This document shows, piece by piece, positions 26,501 to 39,020 of a DNA stretch of 64,000 nt. Below the pieces are notes generated by a model, which was given only the letters and a program-made list of their open reading frames with translations, had not been told where the DNA came from and made no database searches. The stretch's first letter is position 1; every line of letters begins with the position of its first letter. The position numbers and the translations under genes are program-made. The stretch comes from Azolla caroliniana (Eukaryota > Plantae > Polypodiophyta): assembly GCA_043228905.1 (NCBI GenBank), contig JBHGNT010000013.1, positions 19,468,001 through 19,532,000 on the forward strand. Direction: 5' to 3'.

Positions 26501-28023
26501 CGTTCCAGATAAATATTATTTGACACATTTTGATAAGGAGCACTCATGGCTGCTTGAAACTATCTCAATTAAGTGGAAATCAGAATGTCAGAGGGATGGT
26601 GGAGAGAAATTCTGAATTCAAGGTGGCATTCTTGGCTTCCTCCAAAGGCCAAGCTATTTATATGGAGAGGGATTGTGGGTTTAGGGTTTAGGGTTCACAG
26701 TTGGCAGTTCCATTTCACAGAATATGTATTTTTAATCACCTCTATTCTGTTTTTACACTGCCACATGAGGACAGTGCTTATAGGTCTGATCGCTGTCTAA
26801 CGGCTCATCATATGTGGGTATCCATTTCAGACATCTGGGCCTTGATGACAGGAATTTTTTTAACTCCATTGCAGTGGGTATCTGTTCAAGGGACCTCTGT
26901 CAGCAATATGAGTGTGTACCTTTCCTTGTTAAATATTGATGGTCAGGATATTCATTATTGGCAGACATGCAATGCGTTCTTCTTTTATGCCCAACATAAT
27001 ATTGAGCATAACATTTAGCATTGGGAGAAGTGTTTATTTTTCATTTAGTGCTGCAGCCATCTGACATATCTGCGCACCTTGCTAGTCCTCTCAGAGCAAG
27101 ATCAGGACTGAGTGTTGAGACGGGCAACCTTCAAGCATTAAATGGCATTGAACTGAGAAGATACGTTCGGATGTGCACAATCAATTCATTGTAGGTGTGC
27201 CAACAATTTAATTGAGTATATTTGCATTCCTTGCCATCCTCATTCCATGTCGGTGCGATTGTATCTATACAGCACGGTATGATTTCTGTTGTGAGCATAT
27301 TGTCAATGGTGAAATCAAGTAGTATTACCATATTCCATCTCTTAAACTAGTTGTGTGTGTCCTGTGCCTAGCCGGACTGCATTTTACTGCTTGCTTCCCA
27401 ATTTTAGGTTGGCAGGCAATCTGCCTCCATGTTTTACAAAAGCCATATGCTTTCAGGCCCTGTACTTTGTTTGACAAGTCTCGCATCTATTTATGAAGAG
27501 CTTCACTGAGCACAACGTGGTTGCATTGACCCTAAGATGACATAGTAGGAACATCTTCTGTGCTTTCTCAGTGTCATTACAAGAGGGTATACTTCCTTCC
27601 CAGATGTTCATCCCATATCACATGACTTGAATTACAATTGCATCAAAATGTTGGATATTTTTCTGCCTTCTTTCAAGGTCATTGAAATTGCATTCGGATT
27701 CAAAGAGGTAGTATATTGCCTATGCATGTGGAAGTTTGGTTAGCTGGGAATTTCAATGCATAGATATTTGAAAGGGTTCACAGATTCAATAGGTTTACAT
27801 TTCAAACAAGATGGTTATTGTGGAATATTTTATCTGAAACCGGTGTAGCAAATGTTTCTTTTTGTGTTTCTCTGCCCATAGACTAGATAGATAAATTATC
27901 TTTTAATGTCCACGGGAGATGGATTGTTGTCCACGAGACAGCCTATCCTGCTGTGAGTATCAAACTTGGGTTCTCTCAATTTTTATGACTTTGAGCTACG
28001 TTGTAAGCTTCTAAGCAAACGGC

Positions 28024-28063
<40 letters not shown>

Positions 28064-28357
28064 GTTAATACACAGCCGCCGCCACCTGCATATCAACCGC
28101 AACCGTCGGCCCCAGCCTATCAGCCTGCTGAACAACAGATTTCTCAGTCTCAAACAACTGTGGAGTATGCACCATCTGCACCTGTGTTGCCCCCAGGCTA
28201 TGAAACGTTGAGAGAACAATCTTATGAAGTTATTGAAGATGTTATGGAAATAACAAATGCTGCTCAGATTTCTCCACCCATCGATGAACCACCTGTACCT
28301 GCTGTTCCTATGCCAAGGTCAAGAAGTAGGTCAAGGTCTAGAAGATATCAGCCGTAG
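20569..28357 (+). CDS. HVA22-like protein (TB2/DP1/HVA22, REEP family; HVA22i/j-like), ~248 aa
   Basis: GT-AG exons 20569-20597, 21738-21836, 22837-22893, 22979-23042, 25885-26100 and 28076-28357 join in frame (747 nt). They give MAFFITRALILASGYLYPAYECFKTV...QLQFWCQYWIIIAVLTVFERLGDTFISWLPMYNEAKLAFVVYLWHPQTKGTTYVY...HEQEID, then a Pro-rich tail. There is a possible extra exon at ~27887-27952. Confidence 0.92.
23700..24172. repeat. Diverged tandem duplication (~250-bp unit) in HVA22 intron 4
   Basis: catgttttt.cataaga...agctgacat.gtgactcatat...gacatattgaca occurs at ~23704 and ~23953. Confidence 0.8.
26480..27010 (+). mobile_element. LINE 3' remnant (zf-RVT) in HVA22 intron 5
   Basis: WHSWLPPKAKLFIWRG followed by a degenerate Cys/His segment. 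Confidence 0.5.
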
Positions 28358-29084
28358 GTCATATGGAGACAAAGTGATGATTCAAATCGTCCTTAAGAGG
28401 GGAAGTGCTTTTTTTCTTATATCCGATTAAATGTTGCTTATTTGTCATGAAGATTCCCATTCGTGATTGCTGATTTTTTGTCATATGGCAAATCAGAATG
28501 CTGCAGTTTTGTTTCATGAATATGCCACTTTAAATGCTGGCGTTTTTCTTCATGAATGCTTGTTCTCCCTGAAAAGAGGGAGCCCATCACAACACTGCTT
28601 GGGCATGATATGTGAAGGGATCATTAACGGCATTTTTTTCTCATGTCAAAGAGGCGCAAGGCTGTTTTGGCTGTGTTAAGGTTTAAGTGTATGAAAGAAA
28701 CATCTCTTTACCCATGTTTTTGTTTTGCGAGGTTTAAATATACGAGAGACAACACTAAACACATAAATGTGTTTATTATTAGTATATTTTGCCTTGATTG
28801 AAAAGGATATATATAGCATAAATGTTTTTGCTTTTGTTTAGTTGATTTTAATGTGTAGTCTAAAGGAAGGCCATGTAAGTTAGTTGTAGTCTATTTATCT
28901 TGTGTGAGGCAAGGCCATGTAAGCTGGTTGTAGTGTATTTATCTTGTGTGAGGCATATTAAATCTTGCAGTTATTTTTTAAATATAGATCATCAATGTGG
29001 TTTTTTGTCATCCAGGGTGGTTGTCTCACAAGCAGAATAGGTATGCTTGTGTCATAAAGCATAGTTGTCATCTCTTTATGATGT

Positions 29085-29344
29085 CAGTTTTTGTTGTTCT
29101 CAGTTTGTATATGTGTTTTTGTAATGGGAGGGTATTACATTTTGTTGTTTTGGCTTGTATATGCTTACCTAGGTATATGTTCAGTTTGATTTCTTGGCCT
29201 TAAAATCAAACCATGGCAGTTTTTGTTGTTCTCAGTTTGTGTATGTGTTTTTGTTATGGAGGGTATTACATTTTGGTGTTTTGGCTTATATATGCTTACC
29301 TAGGTATATGTTCAGTTTAATTTCTTGGCCTTAAAATCAAACCA
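29085..29344. repeat. Tandem duplication (~130-bp unit)
   Basis: cagtttttgttgttctcagtttgt...ccttaaaatcaaacca occurs twice. A separate 44-bp tandem pair lies at 28868-28954. Confidence 0.85.
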
Positions 29345-32300
29345 AACCTTTTATTTATGCATAACATAAAACATTTCAAACCAAATTGAATTATTTAGTT
29401 AAACCATATAAGTTTTAATTAAACCACTGAAAATGTATTAATTAAATAAACATTTACATTCAATTAAGTAAACTATTATACAAAAATTAAATTTAACTAC
29501 TGAATTATTAGCAAAAATAAAAACTAATGAAGCATTAAGGCATGCCACTTAAATGGAGAACTGTTAAATAGATAAACTTTAGTTTTAGAACCAGACCATT
29601 TTATGATATTTGAAACGAAAGCAAACTGGGTCATTAAATTTAAGGTGAACCAAGGCATATAGTTATGCTTACCTTCAATTGTGAGAGTATATTGTATTGT
29701 TATGGTTTTGTTTTGGAAGAGTATTTAGCCTATATAGGTTTACCTTCATTTCAGAAAGGATGGTTCTGTTTTTGTTATGGGAGGGTATTATATTTAATGA
29801 CGTTTATCAACATTTTCATTGTGTAATCCTTATATAATGTAGCATCATTAATCAAAGTACAATGCATACAATTCTTTTATTCACATAAACCTTGTATATT
29901 GTTCATTCATGTGTAAGTGTTTCTTGTTATGCAATCATGTTGTTTGCTCATGCAAAGTGAATTCAAAGCCTAAATGTGTCAAGTAAATATTTTTAGCTTA
30001 AATGAATGTAAAGCATTTATGCTCCTTACTATGAACTACAATTATTAAAATGCTTGGATGGGGCTAAAGAATTTTCGGCTTTATAGTCGTATGATAATTA
30101 TTAATTGTCACATGGAGTTTACTTTCTAGCTTTGGGGCGTTGATTGAAAAGTAGGCATTGTCATTTTTATGAAAGAAATGTCAGAACTTTTTGAATTTTT
30201 GCATTTTACTTTTGAAGATCCATTGTACTGATTTTGAAAATGAGATTTTTGTTATTGCTTGTGCTTATTAAAGAATTAAACAAGCCCTAAATGTTCCTTT
30301 TGTGCATCAGAAGTGTGATGGAATATTCTTCCCCTCCCTCATTCTATTCTTTTCTTTTCTCACTAGTGTTTATTAATAATTATTAGAAACCATATTCACC
30401 TTGTGGTTCTTCAAAGACTAACATATCTCTTTCTCCCTATTTTTTCATATTTTATTGGTTTTGAAAATCAAAACCACTCTTACCTTTCTTATCGGTACCT
30501 AACTACGCAATGCATTATGTTGTGTTTTGTGTAGGCTAGGGGTACATTTTTCTTTTTTTTAAAGTTTAACCTTCTACATTTGAGTTGTAGCTCCTAAATT
30601 GATGTCTTGCAAGCATATGTGTATTGTGTATACAAGCGAAATTTTGACAATGGGTAGTGTGGTGTTGTGATTGCTTATGGTGGTGTTTAAAAGGTAATCA
30701 AATTGATTGCACACACAAATGCACACATCTTTGGTTATGGGTACATGTGATTTTATAAGAACAAAATTTTCACAATTCACCACCCTTCTAATTGTATTGA
30801 GTACACATAACAATCTAGTAAACAACAATACTCCTAACTTATATAGTAATACTTTGGAAAATGATTTGACTAGTATTACAAAGAAATCATCCAAGAATTT
30901 AGTTGTTGATCTTAAACGAGCATGATGTCACTTTTTATATGTCATTAGGGAAGTTGTAATACGAAAGGTAAAAAATGCTCTTAATTTTGCCACTTCAATA
31001 CAAGACCAACTAATCACCTTAAGAAGGCCACATCATACAATAAAATTTTAACAAATATGAAACATGTTTCGGTTTCTTAAATTGAACAATCTTATGTTAC
31101 ATTGATTAAATCTTTTTAATATGAAAGAAACAATTATCAATAAATGTCCACATGCAACAACACATGAAAGGAATAGCAAATCAAACTAAAATACCTTAAA
31201 ACACGAGGATGACATGTGCCAACTGACCATAAATATGGAGACAATCAAATTGTCTTTTTGGTTTAAAAGATAATAGTGCCTATATAGTTTTTTGAGAACT
31301 CTTATGAAGATCAATATACAAACTTTTCTATAGACAATTGCATTTTTAGTTTTGATACATGGGATTGTTTCGTATGAGAGCTTTTGTTAATAGATGCATT
31401 GTGCACACATAAAGAAACACACACGCTTGCATCAAAAATTTCAACTTAAAATATCAATGAGGCATGTATGTCCTCTACATTTCATACACCTTATCAAAGG
31501 AAAATTTGACAAGCTTGCACAACATCTACTTAGTCATAGAATACATTCCATTCTAGATACATGATAGACACACATTTCCATTAATGCATACACATATTAT
31601 CAAATAAATTGGTATCACATCTATTTGGTCATATAATATATTAGTAATTACATGCTAGATATATGATACACGCCATAGATGTTGACACACATTTTTGCAT
31701 GTTTTGATGTTTCATGAATGTACATGGATATTATTGTTGATTCAATATATTACATACTTGATGCCGTCAATACATGCACATATTATTGGAAGTTTTGATG
31801 CTTCATAATTGTATGCAGATAATATATCTCATTCAAACTACATAATAGATGCCATCAACACATCCACGTATTATTGCAAGGTTTAATGTTTCATAAATGA
31901 ATATAATGTTAAAAATTCAAAAGATGGCTTTAATTTGTAAGAGGACTTGGGTGGAGGGTTGAACTTTTATGTTTCAACTTTTGAATTTCTTCACCATGCT
32001 AGCAACCCACATCTTGAAGGGCACAATTGATGTATTTTTAACTTTGCTTTGGTGTGGGACAAATTAATGTCTTGAGAAACCTAATTCAAAATGTTTTTTG
32101 CAAAGGCTATAGTAATACAAAACATGAAAGAAAAAGAAAAGTGGCTCATTTGTGTTTCATGCAATTGAATACAAATATAAAATCCATCAAAAAACTATGC
32201 TTGGAGTAAATGAAAGAAAAAGAAAAGTGGCTCGTTTTTTCTTGGCGTAATTGAATACAAATATAAAATCCATCAAAAATCAGTGCTTGGAGTAAATTAA

Positions 32301-32718
32301 TGCAAATATAAAATCCATCAAAAAACATTCACATGTGTTTTAAAGGGCATATACGTGGTCCTTTGTAAGTCTATGACATTATGTACTTTATTTCAAGGAT
32401 ATGTACACTTGGTATTAAGTGATATCTAACATAGTCTCATTGTAATTCCAAGCATTTCTAGTGATTGTTTGTTTCTAGAGCACAATTTGGGGTCTTCCAC
32501 CTATTTACTTGATGTGGATCAGCCTTACAACTTCTTGTTTCATGCATTCCTATGTCACAATGTATAATGGCACTACAACTCTCTACATGATTATGTCATT
32601 CTTAGGGTAGCAAGAACACAAACAAACAAAATAGGGTAGATTACACACTTATATACATATATCTCATGTTATGCATGTATTTTGTAGAATTATTGGAAAC
32701 ATATACATAATAATTCTA

Positions 32719-33685
32719 GATTATAGTACTAAGCTCGGAAGGCAAATCATTGGCTCCAAATCAGTGGGTGCTGCTCAAACTCGCAATAGTTGGAGGGATA
32801 AAGGCATATCAGATGACTTGTTGAAGTCGTTTTGGCGGAGACTATGGGCATCTGATATGCCAGAAAAAATCAAGGTGTGGTTTTGGCTTCTTAGTCATAA
32901 GGCGTTACCGGTAGGGGAGTGGATGAGGTCTCGTGGTGGGGAGGCTGGTTGCCTGTTATGTGGTCACTCTTTGGAATCGATACCTCACTGTTTTTGGAAT
33001 TGTGCAGAGGCAATCAGCATTTGGGGTCGAAGTCTCAGGATAGTGGCAGCATGCGGGGTGAATGGGAGAGTTGTGTGGGGGTCCTTACAAGGTTTGAAAC
33101 TAACTAAGGAAGGTTGGGCGGAACAATTAAATCCACATGGTCATGGTTTTATATTGCAGGGCGGCAGTGTATTCAAAAGTGTGGGAGTAGAACCTGGTAC
33201 AAACTCTAGTTTTTTTGAGGAGATATGGATGTTGGTGGCATGCTTCTCGGTCTGGCACATTTGGACCAGACGATGTATGCTGGTTTTTCAGCAATGAAAA
33301 CTCCCAAGCGGTGAGGTGTTGCTAAACATTTGGTTCGAGCTGGTATCTTGGCTGCGCGGACAGTACAACTCAATTGAAGGGAACTCGGATGCAGCAGACA
33401 GGGCTCGCTCAAAGTTTTTGCTGAAATGGGGTCGCTCTCCTATGATGGTTAATTCAGCATCTGGTCCTAAATGGAATTACCAAGCACCAAGATGGCTGTT
33501 TCCGCCATTGGCTTCGTTGTGAATATGTGGTCACCATGGTGGTCACTATGTGAAAAGAGGCAGTGGGTTACTCTTGTTGTAAATAGTTAGGTGAGGATTA
33601 TGCTGTTTTGATTATGGTTGTTCTTCGATGTAATTCTTTTGCTAACTAATGGGAAGTAGTGTTTGTTTTTTGGAAAAAAAAAAAA
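32719..33685 (+). mobile_element. 5'-truncated LINE (zf-RVT C-terminal region plus poly-A)
   Basis: LWASDMPEKIKVWFWLLSHKALP...CLLCGHSLESIPHCFWNC. ORFs 32671-33297 and 33316-33522 are in one frame with a single stop. Poly-A at ~33674-33687 and TSD AATTCTA at 32712-32718 and 33686-33692. Confidence 0.88.
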
Positions 33686-34557
33686 AATTCTACAAAATAG
33701 TATGGATTTTTGTCTGACTTCATCTATTTTGTAGAATTATTATGTATATGTTTCCAATAAATCCATAATAGTGTATCCACTTTCTTTTGCTCCACCAGAG
33801 TATTTTATTCTTTGGATATCTTCAACAATCCATCTCCTCATCCAGAACCTTTGCGGTTCCACCCAAATTCGCAGATATCCAATGCACTTAGCATCAAACT
33901 AAATATATTTATTTGAAGTCGTTATTAAGCTAAGAAAAACATCAATTACTTCCAAAGACATCATACTACATGTTATTATACGTGTTCTCCATTGATTGCT
34001 TGTGATAACTCGATCTTTGGCATAAATAGACAATTTATTATAATTAAATCTATTTGCAACTTAACAATATCTTGAACAACTCAAATATTTGAGGGGTAAC
34101 ACTATTTTTTCACTCTATTTTTTGACCAAGGTTAAGCTCCAAGTATTCACATAAAAATAATTTGGTGTAAAGTAAGACAACTCTACCTTGTCAAACAAAT
34201 GTTTATAAAATATATTTGTATCAGAATGCATGTATTTCATCTAGTCAAGGTATTTCTTAATACTAATATACTATCTTTTTCTAGAAACATGATTTTTTTT
34301 CATTGAGAACTATAAATTCTCTTTGCTAGATAGCATGGGGTGAAAGTCTATATAAAGAAGCTGAAAGGTATTCTCATGTGGAATTTTTGGATGTCAGAGC
34401 ATGTGGGGATCATTTCCTCAAATGCATATTCAAGTTTTTTAATGGCATTACCAGACATCCCTCTCCCTTCTTAGGCATATGATAGATAGAGAAGACTAAG
34501 AAGTGTAATAACTAAGTGGATTTTACATACAATTAATATAATTGTGTGCTTTTACCC

Positions 34558-34560
<3 letters not shown>

Positions 34561-34607
<47 letters not shown>

Positions 34608-34629
34608 TGTGTGTGTGTGTGTGTGTGTG
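34561..34629. repeat. Compound (GA)n(GT)n microsatellite
   Basis: Seen directly. Confidence 0.95.
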
Positions 34630-35561
34630 CACTCGCGCTTTAGATGTTGATAGTAACTTTCAATTTAACCTTTACAATGAGAGATTGAGTAGATAGGAGT
34701 TGTAACATTTGCCTAATGAAATAACACACCTTCATACTAACCTTTCTTTCCCAACATGTAGTGCTAAAAAACAACCCATGTTTTTGTCTCTAATTATTTT
34801 CAAATGACATGCTATATACCGTTGCTCTATAGTTGCTTCTCTATGATGGAAAGCTAAAAAAACAATCCATGTTTGCACTTTTAATGATTTATGACTTATT
34901 CTCTAATACATAACGCTAGAGAAAAAATCCATGTTGCTACATTAAATGAGTAAAAGATTTTTTCTCCAAGATGCAATGCCATAGAAACAATCCATGTTTC
35001 TAGTTTTAATGATTTTCAAACTAGGAGTTTGGAATAGTAATTTGACTTGTCCACTTCTATAGAGAGGCAATGAAAAAATAATAATAAACAACATTTCTAA
35101 TGCACTAGCTTTAGGGATATTTATGACAAAAGTGTTGTGAGACATCCAAAAAAGAGGCAAATGTTAAGAAAGGCGAGTATTCAACAATCCATTTGAAGCA
35201 ATGGTCTTATTCATTTTATATGACGTAATGATGTGATGTGTTCTTCTCGTGAACAATCACTTGTCATAAATGTCAATTGTGGTTGAAAACAAACCTAACC
35301 AGGTGTGTGTGTATATTTGATATTACAATCCCACACTTAAATTGAAGAAGAGAGTGTGCCTATGTTAAAGATTCAAACATGTTATAATATTATCCTTAAA
35401 CGTGAGTTGATGAGCATCTAACTCTTAACAACCTAAAGAAAACAAGGGCATCTTGAATAATTGTAGTGAACCAAATGATTAAATTAAAAAATTCTCAAAC
35501 AAAATGTATTCGTTTGACTAAAGAGTGAGTATGCATGTTTAAGTTTACATGTCTGACTTGC

Positions 35562-36348
35562 TTTCTTTTTCTTTTTCTTTTTTTCCAAAAAAGAATATAC
35601 TCCATTAGTTAAAGTATACACAGACTCGATCCCTTTCTCGGGTAGGCCTTGCCTAGGCTATCATACCCTTCATAAGAAATCTCATTATTTATCTTACACT
35701 TTCACATGTGCCTCTAGCCATCCTTTCATACACATCACCTACATTCACTATCCCACATGAGATCTCTTTCACGCTCCTCGTCCAACTAATGGGAGGGGGG
35801 AACAACCATCTGGATACTACATATTGCCATTGTATATCCATTCCATTTGTTGTAGCCATCGGTGTAGTACACCACCGCTTTCTAAAATTCAGCCTCATTC
35901 ATTTTGTAGCATCATCGGTACCATCAATCCACTCATATTGAGCTCTCAGTGTAGTTATTACCGTGTGTTAGATTAGCTTAATCGATTCAGTTGGAGGGCA
36001 TTTGTTTGCTGAAAATACCTTGGTACACATTGTTGTCCATATACACCATATGGGAATGGGGGCAAGCAACATCCAAAGATCTCCAAGTTTATGCTTCTGT
36101 GCACTAATTGTAGGTACCTTGTTGTCAATGATCAGCCGAACAATGCCATTCTCCCCTATGTACTTAGCATTGCATGTGCAATCGTATTTTGCCACATCAT
36201 CCTCAAGACAGTTCCAGCAAGCATGTTCCCAGTTGAGGGTGAACGAACTAGAGGCATGGGAAAGTAAACGTAATGTCGTTCCCCATACAACCACTACCTT
36301 GCGACATTCGCATAGACAATGGGAAATGCTTTCTATTTGTCCACATGC
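35562..36348 (-). mobile_element. 5'-truncated LINE 3' end
   Basis: Minus strand reads ACGQIESISHCLCEC...IWCIWT...WQYVVSRWLFPPP, homologous to the 32719-33685 element. A-rich tail at 35562-35584. Confidence 0.75.
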
Positions 36349-36999
36349 AAATAAGATTGTTATTTCTTCCTCGCTTGGGTTGCAAACAATTTATTCACCA
36401 TGGACATGGGGAGAAAATGTTACATACTTTCAAACTAGTGGATTCTACAATGGTTAGGACAAGTAAGAAACTAGCATTGAGGAAGTAAAAGATGAATGAA
36501 TTCTCCACTATCTTGAAGAGAGACCATACAACTTTTTAATCTCACCGACTACGAGATATGTGTAAAGAATTTTAAGTAGGTCTATTGAAGATGAAGTATA
36601 CATGCAACAAAGGTAGGTTGGATTATGTATGCTCAAAGAGAGAGACACTGACAGAGACAAAGATTGATATAGTTTAGTTGGTACGGTTGTACGACAGAGA
36701 CAAGATGACAATGTGCTCAACCCCTGGATTCCACATTGGCACTAAGTAAATTAAGGTAAAAGAAAGAGGTGTGTTGAACCTTGAACCTAGGATTCAATGT
36801 TTGTAGTTTAATAGCTTACACTAGGGTAAGGTACTAACAAAAAAATGATAAAAATACACAAGGCTATAAGGGATAATGTGGTAGCAAAGTGGGAGAGATT
36901 GTTCAATGATATACAACTTAATCAACTAGCCATTAAAGGCTAATCACACGAGGTGGGGCTTTGTTTATATAGAACTCCTTAGTACTCGCGCCCCCTCTA

Positions 37000-37740
37000 G
37001 ACGGAGATGTTACAAAAAGGCAACATTGTTATTCCAATCGATAAGATTACAACACATTCAGTGTATAGGTTTTTGCAACCTACCCCGTGGTTTCAAGAAC
37101 ATGCAAATGCATTGTTGCACCTACACAAAACACAATCCTCGTGGAAAAACAGGCTTTCGGGCTTATGGAGCTCTAGTCTTCCACTTCAGCAATGGGTATT
37201 CCTATGGAGATGCCTATTGGGTGTGCTCCTGATTGGGTCAAAGCTTCAAAAGCGATCGATTGCTTCGCCACATTGTGCACGATGTGGTGGAGGATCGGAA
37301 ATGATCCCACACTTATTATGGACTTGCTCATTCACCACACCATTGTACAATGACTAAGTGCATCTCTTTCTCACGGATTTCCTGGGGGAAGGTTTGGGAA
37401 GCACTTTTGGCAAATTGGACAGATTTCGTGTGCCATATCTAGCAATGGCTATTTTCTCAAATGGACAAGATTTTGGGAACTCTAGACCATCTAGACAACC
37501 CACAATAGTAAGGTCTTTCATCGAAACCAACTACATGAAGTTAGATTTTTTAAGCAATCCCTCATGCAATCTATGTTTGATTGTCCGCAACTTAGAGACA
37601 TCACATTGCAATTTTACACTCTTTGAGTGCTTCTCAACTCTTTAGTGTCTAATTGACACTTTATACTTCTCTTTATTCTCTGTGGGTTTTCACGTCACTT
37701 TGAGGTTTTCCACTAGTAATAAAAGTGGTACTAAAAGAAA
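37000..37740 (+). mobile_element. LINE 3' remnant (zf-RVT)
   Basis: LWSSSLPLQQWVFLWR...CARCGGGSEMIPHLLWTC. The boundaries are approximate. Confidence 0.65.
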
Positions 37741-38589
37741 AAGTTTATATATAACATTGCAACTGCACTTCATGAAGAATCTCAAACGAGTTTCTCTCGA
37801 TGGGAGAGTGAACGCGATATAAAAAAGTATCAACTATATTTTATACAAAAGGCATCTCTTCTTGGACTTGTGACAAGGTGGACGTCATTGACATATGTTC
37901 ACCAAATATGTGCATTCACATATGAAGTGTGTTGTCGAGCTTGATGCCGCAACAAATCCATGCTCTATTAACTGAAATATAAACATACATCCGTATCCAT
38001 TATGAAACTAAGAGGAAAGAAACTTTGAATTATCAGACAAGTTATGTGTCAAGAGCAAACATAACTTTTGATACAATACAATATACGAGCTTAGGCAATG
38101 GCTCTTGTTAGCTAAGCACGTGCAATCCTCGCAGAACCCAAGGTACGATTCCCATCAACCCTCGTTGGAATGCCTCACACCTCCCCCTCCCACCTTACAA
38201 GAGTGTCAAACTAGCGAAGGTTGATGACATTCCACAAGCTAGAAAATGGAGTTGGGAGGGAACAATGATTAGCCAAGAAAGAAGTTGTGGGATGGGGGGG
38301 GGGGGTCATGGACAATGAGTAGTGGGAGATATATGAAGTGGAGGTAGCGATATAAAGGTAAGAAAACATGTGGCACATGTCAAGGGAGGTATCGATACAA
38401 GTAGAAGAGATGCAACATCATGATGTGAGGGGGTGGGGGGGGTAGTCCTCGATAGCAAGTAGCGGAAGATATATGAGTCGGAGGTAGCGATATAGAGGCA
38501 GGCGAACAACAGATGATGGACACCTTCCAAGGGAGCTATCGATTTGGGCACACGCGGACATAGAGAAAGGGTGCCCACCGGAACTCATA

Positions 38590-38682
38590 GAAAAAGAAGA
38601 AGAAGAACTTAGAAGAAGAAAAAGAAGAAGAAGAACTTAGAAGAAGAAGAACTTAGAAGAAGAAGAAGAAGAACTTAGAAGA
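38590..38682. repeat. Purine-rich (GAA)n/AGAACTT minisatellite upstream of the flippase leader
   Basis: Repeated agaagaagaacttag units. Confidence 0.8.
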
Positions 38683-38884
38683 GAGTTTACTCATACACTC
38701 TCACATTTACTATTTATTAGTATTTACAATCTTAGCCCCGTATTTTTATTTATTTATTTAATTTGATCCCCCAATTCTTCTTCTTCTTCTTCTTTTCCTT
38801 CTTCTTTCTCTGTCTGTCTTTCGATGGCGCTCTTTTTCTCTGCGTGCTGTATGGTGCCATGGCGATCTTGATCCTCTCTTCGAC

Positions 38885-38980
38885 ATGAAAAGCTTATCCG
38901 GATCTTATATCCTGGAGGTAAAACGCTTTTTGTATTTCTTCGAATGTACTGAAGAATTGATCAAATGGCAGTAACGAGTT

Positions 38981-39020
<40 letters not shown>

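Noticed and set aside
29400-32600. AT-rich region with degenerate repeats, possibly a decayed DNA transposon or Helitron
   Set aside because: No TIR, TSD or protein motif could be supported.
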